Part shown: piece by piece, positions 40,147 to 49,606 of the stretch
Numbering within the stretch: position 1 is the first letter of the stretch
How the letters are laid out: the number at the start of each line of letters is the position of its first letter
Assembly (NCBI GenBank): GCA_021792955.1
Contig: JAJYTP010000004.1
Location: 13,951-77,950, forward strand
Direction: 5' to 3'
DNA from: an archaeon
GTDB lineage: Archaea > Thermoproteota > Nitrososphaeria > Conexivisphaerales > UBA164
Length of the DNA: 64,000 bases
Position numbers and translations under genes: made by a program
The notes under the pieces: model-generated
What the model was told of the DNA's origin: nothing
The model's database searches: none
The model's input: the letters and a program-made list of their open reading frames with translations, nothing else

Positions 40147-41084
40147 TGCCATATGCCTGCACCCTTCCACTCTTCTATTATGGCCATTGACAGTTCGCCT
40201 GATCCGACCTTGCTGGCCGTACCAGTCGCAAAGTTACCCTTTCCTCCCCCCCTTCCGCCGTATTTAGCCAATACCTTCTCCAATGCATTTGCGCAGTTCA
40301 AACGGTCAAGGTCATTACTTCGTGCCAATATCACGATCCGATTTCCGTCAGAATCCTTTGAATTTGTACCGACCACTATTGTTGAACTGTTCTTGATCAT
40401 CTCCCCCACCCTCTGGCTCACTACGGATTGATCGCCGTCTATCAGATCGAATAGGAAAAGGGTGTTGGTACCAGCCATCGTCCCTGATATTCTGTCCATC
40501 AGCTGGGCGGTCAGCCTCCTGTTGATGTCCTTCTGCAGTTCCAGCGATTTGAGAATATCAGTAACCCTCTTGGCGCTGTCCCCGGTGCTACAATTCAAAA
40601 TACTGGATACGTTACGTGAGGAGGTGATCAGCTGCCCCATTTCAGCCAATGCGCTCTTTCCTACGGCAAATTCTATGGTGTAAATATGCCCCTCCATCCT
40701 GTGCAGATCATACGCCAGAAAGAACTGCGCTTCTGCAAGGTCCTTGCTATGCTTCCTTGAGCAGGCTGTCCAGTCTATGTTCTCCACTTCAATGACCCTC
40801 ACTGGAGGAGTTATTCTATCTTCGTTAGCTCTGAGAAGTGGAAATGCCTCCCTTGCCCTTTCTAAACTATCGAAATAATGTTCTTTAACGGGCGCCCCAG
40901 TAAGAATTTCTATGTTGGTCATCTGCATTGCATCAGCTATCTGTTCCATTGTCAAACCCTCAAAGTGCGCCGTTATGGCCCCTCGTTCCCCATCCTGTTC
41001 AACCTTGATCACCCGCATCCCTCTTGTAATGTCACCTAGATGCCTCATGAATACATGCTCTGCTGTATGGGCTGCATTTTCCAT
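40143..41084 (-). CDS. AlaX-type alanyl-tRNA editing protein with DHHA1 domain
   Basis: HTAEH and CSRKH Zn motifs; C-terminal GGRGGGKGNFATG. Confidence 0.82.
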   Translation of the reverse strand: MENAAHTAEHVFMRHLGDITRGMRVIKVEQDGERGAITAHFEGLTMEQIADAMQMTNIEILTGAPVKEHYFDSLERAREAFPLLRANEDRITPPVRVIEVENIDWTACSRKHSKDLAEAQFFLAYDLHRMEGHIYTIEFAVGKSALAEMGQLITSSRNVSSILNCSTGDSAKRVTDILKSLELQKDINRRLTAQLMDRISGTMAGTNTLFLFDLIDGDQSVVSQRVGEMIKNSSTIVVGTNSKDSDGNRIVILARSNDLDRLNCANALEKVLAKYGGRGGGKGNFATGTASKVGSGELSMAIIEEWKGAGIWQ

Positions 41085-41130
41085 GTTGGCCGATCGAATA
41101 GCTGATATTTAAATTAATCAATGCGCCTAT

Positions 41131-42237
41131 TTAGACCAACCAATCCAGCTTGGAGCTTTTATAGCCAGATATGGCTAAAATAAAGCCCAGGACGAACATG
41201 GAAAGGGATATCGGTGAATATGCAAAGTAATACAGTAGGAAATCTGCGACATTGAACTTCAGGCCCAGCTTCCTAGCCATTGCATAGTATATGGCTGACA
41301 CTATTAAGAAGGTGATGGCGGCCATCAGGAGCCACCATGTGGCAGATACCCCGATCAGAACCAGGAAAATCGGCCTTAATTCCAGCGTAAAGTAACTTGC
41401 GAATATCAGAAGGACAAAGGCCGTTAAGCTCAAGTATATGTCCTTCGGAAAGAAATAATTCAGGGACATCAACAGGATGGACGGCATTATGAAGAACAGG
41501 GAAGGCAGGACCACCTGGGGCTCCCGGTATACCACCTTAAATATAGTTCGTGCGTTAGACTTTAGCCAATACCCAGTTCCTATCCCCCATCTCTTCCTTT
41601 GTTCGTACCACGCTTTCAAGGCGTCGGGGGCTTTGACCTTAATCCTCATTTCATCAACCAACTTGTACTTCAGATTCGAAAGGTACGCTCTAGTGCCAAG
41701 GTCAAAGTCTTCTGATATCACCTTTCTGAATCCCCCAATTCGCTCAAACGATTCCCGCCTGATGGCAAACGCGGCGCCGTCCAGGGCTATCGTCTTCTTT
41801 AGAAAGTTTGAGAACATGTAGGCTGAAATATTGGCTCCAAGATAATCAAAGGAAACCATTCGTGAGATGATCGACGAGTGGATTATATCCTTCTTGAAGT
41901 CCAGTATATCGTTCCCCCCCATTTTTTCAGCTACGATGGTGATTATGTTACCATTTTCGAGCACGAGATCGCTGTCCAGAAACAGCAGAAACTCACCGTG
42001 TGCCTCCTTTAGCCCCTGATTTATGGCGTTGACCTTTCCTATCCTCTTGGCGTTGAACAGGAACTTTATTTGAGGATAACCAGTTGACAGCTCTTTCATC
42101 TCTTCAGTCGGCTCATCGACAACGACGATGACCTCCTTGTCCTTATAAGGATCATCCATCAGGTTATCCAGGATGCCCCTTAGGTATTGGGAGGATCTCA
42201 AAACCGTCACTATTGTGGTTACAGTTGGAGATGCCAA
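41131..42237 (-). CDS. family 2 glycosyltransferase with C-terminal TM segments
   Basis: GKVNAIN, FLDSD, ISEDFDL and QRKRW motifs. Confidence 0.9.
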   Translation of the reverse strand: MASPTVTTIVTVLRSSQYLRGILDNLMDDPYKDKEVIVVVDEPTEEMKELSTGYPQIKFLFNAKRIGKVNAINQGLKEAHGEFLLFLDSDLVLENGNIITIVAEKMGGNDILDFKKDIIHSSIISRMVSFDYLGANISAYMFSNFLKKTIALDGAAFAIRRESFERIGGFRKVISEDFDLGTRAYLSNLKYKLVDEMRIKVKAPDALKAWYEQRKRWGIGTGYWLKSNARTIFKVVYREPQVVLPSLFFIMPSILLMSLNYFFPKDIYLSLTAFVLLIFASYFTLELRPIFLVLIGVSATWWLLMAAITFLIVSAIYYAMARKLGLKFNVADFLLYYFAYSPISLSMFVLGFILAISGYKSSKLDWLV

Positions 42238-42404
42238 TGCTTACCCTTCCAGTCTCCCATATTATTATTGTTTGCTTCCACTTCGGAGCTGATGGTCATC
42301 GATTTAGATAATGGCTAGCCCGGGTATTTATTATGCCCGGATTTGTACAGGGCGGACAGCCCGCCTCCAGTAAATGACGATCGCTCAAGTTTTCAGTATA
42401 GCTA

Positions 42405-42775
42405 GTGGCATCCTCTAACGAAGCCTATGAGCATCCAATGCTTATCCCCCTTGCTGGTTCGTCTGTAACATGTTTTCTAGTTCATCGACACTTGACTAGC
42501 ACCCGCTTGGTACTCCGCCGTTGGCATCTTCATAGTTGTTAATTCGGGCACCCCTGTTAACGCGCGCTGTAACAAAATTACTTCAACCTTGGAATCTCTC
42601 TACACAGTAAGATGAAGGCAGACAAATGTCCTTTCTGACAGCGCCTAGAGCGACATACATGACATTCCAATGTTAAATATTCTGACTTAGCGGATAAAGT
42701 GATTCCTTGTAGTGTTCCCCTCATTGACAGTGGTAGTTTTCCCACAAATCCTCGAGCTTTCAAGACTTCACCATG
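42405..42775 (-). mobile_element. decayed IS200/IS605-family tnpB 3' fragment with putative right end
   Basis: Frame-broken CGKT..VNEGNTTR (42705-42746), ECHVC (42653-42667), LSERTFVC (42618-42641), then an end-like GGATGCTCAT..GAGGATGCCAC. Confidence 0.5.
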
Positions 42776-42789
42776 TTATTGCTCTCAAC

Positions 42790-44106
42790 CTATTGCAAAA
42801 GCCATTTCCACAGCGGGATAAATATAACTTTTTTATCACCATACTCGATCTCTGCACCATAATCATAAGTTATTACAGTGAGATTATTACAGCGAAGTTC
42901 TTCGCTTGCATTGAGCAACGGTGTAATTTCTCTCTCATTTATTTCCTCTTCCGATGATGCATAAGTGACCTGTATAAGCTGCTTTACCCTTATCCCCTCC
43001 TTGACGACAAAATCCACCTCCGCGCCTTCCGCCCTTCCGTACTTCTTCCAGTAGTATATTTCGCTCCCTGAACCGTGAAGCCTTCTGGTCAGTTCAACCA
43101 TCACTTCGTTTTCAATTAGCCGTCCAGCGCTTCCTTCTGCTTTTACTGCACGCACCATACCGGTGTCAACAACATAAACTTTTTTTGGGTACTGCATCCT
43201 GTTTTTAACCGACCTTGAGAATATTTCAGTATTGAACAGAAAGAAGGATTCTTTTGCGGCGTTTAAAACCTCAATGATGGTTTGCTTGCTTACCCTGTAG
43301 CCCAGGCCTTTAAGATAGTTGTATGTTTTTGAGACGCTTACATATTTGGAATAATTTTGCGCAAAATATAGCAGCGACTCGCTGACAATTGCCTGGTTTA
43401 TGCCAGTTCTTTCCCCAATATCCTTGTATACCGTTGACTGATAATAAGATTCCAGGATTTTCGCCTTTATGCTCTCATCCCTTTCCAGAACAACTTCTGG
43501 ATAGGCTCCCCACGTAATGTATTCATTAAGCTTATTCAGGAGCATCCCCCTCTCATCCATGAAACTGATCCGTTCCAATTCCTCTCTGTTTAATTCCATA
43601 CCCTTAAATTTAAGAAACTCTTTGAAACTCAATGGCAGTACCATGAAATCTATTCTGCCCCTTAGCGCTGTTGCTATTTCTCCGCTGAGCAGCTTGGATG
43701 ATGAGCCAGATATGTAAATGCTGAATTTCTTCCTGTCAGCAATGCTACGCACTCACCTGCCCCAATCCTTCACGTTCTGGATCTCATCCAAAAACAGGTA
43801 AACTGGCTTTAATTGGTCCGGATTATCAATTTCATAAAAAAAACTTCATCATTGTCTCAAGGTCATTTGCATCAAGATTTCTCAGTCTCTCCGATTCAAA
43901 ATTCACATACAGTATGTTTCTTGAAGGAATATCATTCAAATTCCTGATCAGGTAAAATAGGCAGTACGTTTTGCCAGCTCTTCTGGGCCCAGTAACGGTT
44001 ATTATCCTGTCGGTGCTGATAGGGATGTCAATATTCCTTTTAATAACATGAACGTTCTCCAGTCAAAATTTGAAATCACATAATGAAAGTCATTTTCCCT
44101 TGCCAT
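42790..44106 (-). pseudogene. AAA ATPase (AAA_14 + DUF4143 type), disrupted
   Basis: Walker A GPRRAGKT and Walker B FLDEIQ lie upstream of the ORF-track start; frameshift near 44040-44060, frameshift at the A8 run 43836-43843, in-frame TGA at 43753-43755. Confidence 0.85.
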
Positions 44107-44133
44107 ATCTATATATGTAGGAGAATGTATTTA

Positions 44134-44190
44134 AATATTGTTCCCAGAGAAAACAATTTCATTATAATATTGTTCCCAGAGAAAACAATT
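44134..44190. repeat. two exact 25-bp direct repeats AATATTGTTCCCAGAGAAAACAATT (period 32)
   Basis: Copies at 44134-44158 and 44166-44190; each has the dyad ATTGTT-N9-AACAAT; they adjoin the ATPase TATA region. Confidence 0.9.
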
Positions 44191-44543
44191 ATTATCTTCC
44201 TGATATACTTTAGCAGCTGAGGTACCGGGTTTACTGCTTTCACGGCTGCCCTTTAGACCAGTCCTTTGCCGAACTATCGGCTTGAAGTTTATGGAGTGAT
44301 GTCCTTTCGCAGTAAAGCCTGATTTTTACTGCTTACCTAAAACTCCTAACATCTTAAAGAATCAAACCCATCAGCTATCAGTTTAGTGTTTTTGTATAAC
44401 ACATACACGCCCATACTGCATCATCTGCCCATACAGTGCAGTCCTGAAGGCCAATTCGCCAAATGGTAGTGCCTAAGGATAGGCGCTGACCAGTTTACAT
44501 GATATGGTGGGTTTTACTATTTAGCAATCAAGGGATGGTGATA

Positions 44544-45704
44544 TTATGCGGTATATTTCCTTATTATTTCATCTAAACTGAGTAGTTCGATGGCCACCTT
44601 GGAGGACGCAGCCATGTAAAAACTTCCTTTAGTGGATGATGTCACTATCTTGGTTGCACCTATTAACTCGGGTATATACGATAGCGATGGACAGGCATCC
44701 TGTACAACCTTGGCACCGCTTTTTTCAATGGATATAATGATCCCTTCTGCAGCAGCCGACCCATAGACGCTATGCGATGTAAATAAATATGTTGGTTTGG
44801 TGAATCTCTTCCCTGTCAGGGCCTCTGCGAGGTGCTTTAGTTCATTATACCCCATAAAGGGGCACCCCAGTAGAATGGCCTGACCTTCCTCTGATTTATC
44901 CAAAATGGCGCGCGTCGCGTTGTATTCCTCCTTCCCAAAACGGATATAAGATGATGTTGGAATATGCTCATCCTGTACAAACATCCCCATCGGGCCAGAC
45001 GTCGCAATTGCGGCGGACAATGATTTTAACTGCATCTTGGTTGGCGCACGAAGCCCAACTATCCCAACCGTATCCTTGAAATTCTTGCCTATATAGTACC
45101 CGAGAATACCGTAATCCACTTCGTCATTTAAAGGCGTATCCACCAGCACCCATTCCTTAGCCCTTCTTTTCTCCTCCAGGTGCAAGCCATAGTGAGGCGT
45201 CTTACCGGTTATGGCAGAAGCAAGCGCGCTAAGCCCACTTTCCCTGTTCGTCATAATGCCTAACACAGAATTGCCGTATACGACTGCCGAGCTCTCGGCC
45301 CAACTTACATGATCGCCCATGTTAGCCACGTTATCATATTCGTACGGTATACATGTGTATGACCCTCTAGATCCCATTTTCGCAAAGGCGGCAAGTATCC
45401 TCTCCTGTTTTTCATATAGATCCTGTTTAAAATTAAGATGAATGGGTGGAGATACCTGTACACCGCAGGGGTTAATTGTTGTTGGGATAACGAACCTAGC
45501 CGTCTTGGCCATATCCTCCAGTAAATCCAATCCAGCATCCCCTATGTTATGGTAGTTTACGCCAGAAATATGGCTTGTCTTCGCCTCCATCAGTCTGTCT
45601 GCGTTTGCCCCATTTCCTATTGCATATAAAATTCGGTAGGCTATCTGTTGTGCCTCCCCATATTCACCCTTTAGAGCCATCTCCTCCTTATTGGTTAAGT
45701 ACAA
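44544..45704 (-). CDS. aconitase X large subunit (phosphomevalonate dehydratase large subunit-like)
   Basis: HISGV.Y, TTINP, YTCIPY, WAESSA..Y.NSV.G..TNRE, GCP and DAC motifs. Confidence 0.88.
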   Translation of the reverse strand: MYLTNKEEMALKGEYGEAQQIAYRILYAIGNGANADRLMEAKTSHISGVNYHNIGDAGLDLLEDMAKTARFVIPTTINPCGVQVSPPIHLNFKQDLYEKQERILAAFAKMGSRGSYTCIPYEYDNVANMGDHVSWAESSAVVYGNSVLGIMTNRESGLSALASAITGKTPHYGLHLEEKRRAKEWVLVDTPLNDEVDYGILGYYIGKNFKDTVGIVGLRAPTKMQLKSLSAAIATSGPMGMFVQDEHIPTSSYIRFGKEEYNATRAILDKSEEGQAILLGCPFMGYNELKHLAEALTGKRFTKPTYLFTSHSVYGSAAAEGIIISIEKSGAKVVQDACPSLSYIPELIGATKIVTSSTKGSFYMAASSKVAIELLSLDEIIRKYTA

Positions 45705-45748
45705 TCTGATCGACTACCTGTTACTCGCTACAGCGTTTATAATTCTTT

Positions 45749-46222
45749 CTAGCCATTTTTTGGTAACATGTGATCTCTGACCTTGACCGCCACGCCTTTC
45801 TTGAACGCCATCATGCTTTGACCGGAAATTACGGCCCTTCCTACTGCGATCAGGCTTCCGCGCTTATTCATTATAGGCACATCCATCCTTGGCCTGATAT
45901 CAGCGCCGGCTCGGACTATATGGCCTGCGAATACACTGTTTCCCCTTTTAACCTCATCCTCTGACGCTTCATCCACAAATACTCCATATCTATCCGTAAA
46001 GCCGTTGTCTGTGGTGAGGGGCTTGATGCCTTCTAGGGTTAAGGCGAGACTTCCATCAGATCTGACCGTAGAATATAGCAAATCCCCTTGCCTTATCCTC
46101 CTGATCCGTCCCCCTCTGGTTATTTCGTAAGTTAATGAATCAAGCTTCCACAGGCCTGCCGCATCTATCCCATATGTATAATTCAATATGGCCATTATTT
46201 TCAATGATTCCCAAGTGCCCAT
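45749..46222 (-). CDS. PUA-domain protein (ArcTGT C2-PUA-like)
   Basis: GRIRRI...R.DG.L.LTLEG, GNSVFAGH, IRP..V, AVGRA and GVAVKVR motifs. Confidence 0.82.
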   Translation of the reverse strand: MGTWESLKIMAILNYTYGIDAAGLWKLDSLTYEITRGGRIRRIRQGDLLYSTVRSDGSLALTLEGIKPLTTDNGFTDRYGVFVDEASEDEVKRGNSVFAGHIVRAGADIRPRMDVPIMNKRGSLIAVGRAVISGQSMMAFKKGVAVKVRDHMLPKNG

Positions 46223-46275
46223 GTGGTGAAGGACATAGTCAAAACACTTATTAATTTATCCATTTACATTGTTTT

Positions 46276-46671
46276 ATGCAGTGTGAACTATGCGGCAGGG
46301 AGATCGTCGGTACGCCATTCACAATCTCCATTGATGGCGCTGTTCTTAACGTGTGCTCGACGTGCTCAAGGTTTGGGAAGCGCATTTCAACCGGGAAGCC
46401 TCGCCCCCGCACGGCGGGCCTTTCTACGAGGACCGCGCATGGAAGGGTCAATCAGACAGAAGCCGCAGAGGAAGAATTCCAGCTCCTGGATGACTATAAT
46501 GTAATTATAAGGAAAAAGCGGGAATCTCTGGAACTTACGCAATCGCAGTTCGGGATGAAACTGGGCGTCAAGCCGTCACTGGTCGCCAAGTTAGAGAGCG
46601 GAAGAATCAAGCCGGATATAGCGTTGGCCAAGAAGATTGAGAACGCTCTAAAGATAAGGTTGTCAGCTTGA
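46276..46671 (+). CDS. mbf1: archaeal multiprotein bridging factor 1
   Basis: CELCG...VCSTC Zn ribbon plus Cro-like HTH (LTQ...LESGRIKP). Confidence 0.92.
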   Translation: MQCELCGREIVGTPFTISIDGAVLNVCSTCSRFGKRISTGKPRPRTAGLSTRTAHGRVNQTEAAEEEFQLLDDYNVIIRKKRESLELTQSQFGMKLGVKPSLVAKLESGRIKPDIALAKKIENALKIRLSA

Positions 46672-47723
46672 GCCAGGATATCGCGCTGGTTACTGATGGA
46701 AATGAATTCATAAGGGATGAGGCAAAGGAACTAGCCATATCCGCTGGATATGTACCGAAGCTGATCTTTCAGGTTAAGAGGACGGGGCTGGGGAGGATGG
46801 GCATTTCTGAAGGGAAGGCCATAGAATTAAAGGCGGAGCTCGCCGCCCAGAATATCGGAAAAGTGCTCATAAACGGCATGCTGAACGCAGGTCAAATGTT
46901 CAATTTGACCAGTTTCCTGGAAACGGAAGCCATAGATAGGCAGAAGCTTATATTGGAAATATTTGCCAAGAGAGCTATAACGCCAGAGGCCAAGCTGCAG
47001 GTAAGGCTGGCTGAACTCAAATATCAACTTCCAAGGGTAAAGGAAAACGTCAGGCTATCGAAGAAGGGTGAGCAGCCCGCCGGGATGTTCGGATCCGGCC
47101 GCTATGATATCGATAAGTACGTTATGAGCATAAAGGAGCAAATTAACTCCCTCAACAAAAAGATCAAGGCGGTATCTGACCGACGCTCTTTCCAGATGAA
47201 GGAAAGATTGAAGGTCAAGGGGTTCGTCATATCGCTTGCCGGGTACACCGGTAGCGGGAAGACAACGATATTTAACCGGTTGACAGCAGAAACAAAACCA
47301 GTAACCGGAAGGCCGTTCACTACCCTATCTCCAACGATCAGGAGGTTGCCCGGTAAAGAGGACATTTTTATTTCTGATACGGTAGGATTTATCGAAGGGA
47401 TACCACACTATCTGGTCGAGGCGTTCAAGTCGACCCTTGCAGAGATAACATATGCTGACCTTGTGCTACTTGTAACCGATGTAAGCGTGGATCAAAGGGA
47501 GTTCATCAGGAGGTACAATGCTAGCATGAAGACATTTACCGAAATAGGCGTCTCCATGGATAAGGTGTTGGTGGTGGAAAACAAATATGACATATCCAAT
47601 CCCTCCTTGAGCGAAGAACGGATGATCAGAGATGGAATGGCTAGGGTCAAGATATCCGCAAAGACCGGGTATAACATGAACGTGCTCATGAACATGCTGG
47701 AAGGCTTTGCACATAACAGGTGA
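46668..47723 (+). CDS. hflX: GTPase HflX
   Basis: LILEIFA.RA...EAKLQV.LA.L.Y, GYTGSGKT, FTTL, DTVGFI, NKYD and ISAK motifs. Confidence 0.93.
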   Translation: MSQDIALVTDGNEFIRDEAKELAISAGYVPKLIFQVKRTGLGRMGISEGKAIELKAELAAQNIGKVLINGMLNAGQMFNLTSFLETEAIDRQKLILEIFAKRAITPEAKLQVRLAELKYQLPRVKENVRLSKKGEQPAGMFGSGRYDIDKYVMSIKEQINSLNKKIKAVSDRRSFQMKERLKVKGFVISLAGYTGSGKTTIFNRLTAETKPVTGRPFTTLSPTIRRLPGKEDIFISDTVGFIEGIPHYLVEAFKSTLAEITYADLVLLVTDVSVDQREFIRRYNASMKTFTEIGVSMDKVLVVENKYDISNPSLSEERMIRDGMARVKISAKTGYNMNVLMNMLEGFAHNR

Positions 47724-47829
47724 AATGCGCTAACGCTGTGATATCTGCGATTGGGACCATCAACGTCCAGTGACTGTGGCTCCTGCATGACGCGCCTTCC
47801 TATCTATGAATGAACGTGATCCCACATGT

Positions 47830-48546
47830 TTAGGCCTTTGCCAGCCCTTCCAGATATGCGAGTATATCCCCTCCCTTGTATGGCCATAATAATGAATCTA
47901 TGTTTAAGGGCGGGATGCCCGCTATTCTTGAAATGAACCCCCAAGCCCGCTGTATTTCCATCGCCTTGGGCCGATGAACGTCCGACACTAAGCCTAGGGA
48001 CCTGGTAATCCTTATAAGGCGTGAATCCACTGGAACTGGCAGCTTCATATCCAACCTGATGCGCTCCTTTTCCCTAACCATTACAGCATAGTAGAACATC
48101 TTGACAGCGAAGATCAGAGTTTTTGCATTTCTATCGGAGTTTAGAACTTTAGAAAGGTCGGTTAAAAGGATATACGGGTCATGTTTATATGCGTCAAGGT
48201 TAGTAGATACTTTGAAACCTGCCCCTTTGAGCGCCATTAACCTCCTGATCTTTCCGTTTATGCCCAGTGCGCGGTGTTTTTTGAGGAATTCGATGATGGT
48301 TTCACATGCTTCACCATCTTTGACGGAGTTGGCGAAGAGGTCCCAGTAGGCCTCACCCGTGATACGAAGCCTGTAACTTATCAGCGCATTAAAGACTATT
48401 AGATCGTAGAAATCTGGGGATTTAACGGTTTTATCGAGAAGCCTGATGGAATCGAGCTGGGGGTCCCTTTGCTCTATCTCCAGTACCCTGTGTAGGCCGA
48501 TCCTCCCTATCAGAAGGCCCAGGTACCTTGCCTTGCTGTAGTTCAC
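47830..48546 (-). CDS. N-glycosylase/DNA lyase (AGOG-type 8-oxoguanine glycosylase)
   Basis: EQRDPQ, NALISYRL..GE.YW, KTLIFAVKM, PVDSR and IPPLNIDSLLW motifs. Confidence 0.85.
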   Translation of the reverse strand: MNYSKARYLGLLIGRIGLHRVLEIEQRDPQLDSIRLLDKTVKSPDFYDLIVFNALISYRLRITGEAYWDLFANSVKDGEACETIIEFLKKHRALGINGKIRRLMALKGAGFKVSTNLDAYKHDPYILLTDLSKVLNSDRNAKTLIFAVKMFYYAVMVREKERIRLDMKLPVPVDSRLIRITRSLGLVSDVHRPKAMEIQRAWGFISRIAGIPPLNIDSLLWPYKGGDILAYLEGLAKA

Positions 48547-48579
48547 ACCCCGCCAATGGACATGTATTTATTAAAACGT

Positions 48580-49296
48580 TTATTGACGTATTTGATCTTG
48601 TTTTGAACCGATATAACTGAGGAAGGCCTTCGCTTCATCGCCTGCAAAATCGTTAAAATCAAGCTTCAGGCTGTTGGCAGCAGCAAAATAGACGCTCGCT
48701 ATAAGCAGCTGGGATGATGTTACGTTCAATGGCCCGTAAAATACCGGCGCGTCGGTCTCCAGCAACAGGAGCCCGTATTGATGCGCTTTCAGGTTTTTCC
48801 TTATCCTCTTGTTATATATGAGGGGAGGCCCTGCTCCTATGTAGTAGCCGTGTTGAACCGCTTGCTCAAGGTCAGATTCAGTTCCGTCGAACCAGTGCAG
48901 GAGTACGCCGTTAAGCCTATAGGAACTTAGCACTGAAAGAACAAGGGATGTGGCCCCCCTGGAGTGTATGGATATGGGCTCATTTCTACGTTCGGCTATC
49001 TCCAGCTGCGATTCGAATATCCTTCTCTGAAACGCCATATCCGCCTCATAGCTCGGGTCCATCCCTATTTCCCCTATTCCATCCTCCCCCTGTATTTCCA
49101 AGCCACCCTTCAGGTTGGATGGATGTAAACCCTTGAAAACGAGTGTTAACCCCTTCTCCCTCATCGCTGATAGCCTCCCAGCCTCTTCATCAGGCGTTAT
49201 GCACACCACAGCTCTAATTCCGGCCCGTTCCATATTAGGGATCATGACGGAATTTTCAACTGGTGTCTGGTGCGAATGCGCGTCGTAAAGCAACAA
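48580..49296 (-). CDS. tatD: TatD-family nuclease
   Basis: DAHSH, GLHP, IGEIGMD, IHSR, HWF and ETDAP motifs; TTG 49296 preferred because the longer ORF overlaps the histone gene. Confidence 0.85.
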   Translation of the reverse strand: MLLYDAHSHQTPVENSVMIPNMERAGIRAVVCITPDEEAGRLSAMREKGLTLVFKGLHPSNLKGGLEIQGEDGIGEIGMDPSYEADMAFQRRIFESQLEIAERRNEPISIHSRGATSLVLSVLSSYRLNGVLLHWFDGTESDLEQAVQHGYYIGAGPPLIYNKRIRKNLKAHQYGLLLLETDAPVFYGPLNVTSSQLLIASVYFAAANSLKLDFNDFAGDEAKAFLSYIGSKQDQIRQ

Positions 49297-49342
49297 GACG
49301 TTAGATTTAATAATGCCACATTTAAAAAGGTAATGAACATTA

Positions 49343-49579
49343 ATGCCCGAAATCCCTTCAGCCGCAATATATAGGATCTTTAAGAAAGGTGGAGCAGAGC
49401 GCGTGGCCCAAGATGCCATATCCGAACTTACAAAATATTTGGAGGAATATGGAGTCCTAATAGTAAAACAGGCCAGCGATCTTGCAGATCATGCAGGAAG
49501 GAAAACGGTTATGGAAGATGACGTAAAATTAGCCATCAGGAACATAACCGGCAGCAATGAATTCAAGCGCAGCGCTTAA
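49343..49579 (+). CDS. archaeal histone
   Basis: EIPSAAIYRI..KGGAERVA..A...HAGRKTV..EDV.LA-like histone fold (HAGRKTVMEDDVKLA). Confidence 0.93.
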   Translation: MPEIPSAAIYRIFKKGGAERVAQDAISELTKYLEEYGVLIVKQASDLADHAGRKTVMEDDVKLAIRNITGSNEFKRSA

Positions 49580-49606
49580 ACTGGGCCGCGGTCAGGATTT
49601 AACCAA

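Noticed and set aside
43753-43755. Selenocysteine or recoded TGA in the ATPase
   Set aside because: The position fits Trp in context, the gene has two other lesions, and TGA is an ordinary stop elsewhere in the window
44134-44190. CRISPR mini-array
   Set aside because: Only two repeats with a 7-bp gap, and no cas genes in the window
49297-49419. N-terminal extension of TatD in the ORF track
   Set aside because: It is antisense to the histone gene; TatD homology begins at LLLYDAHSH
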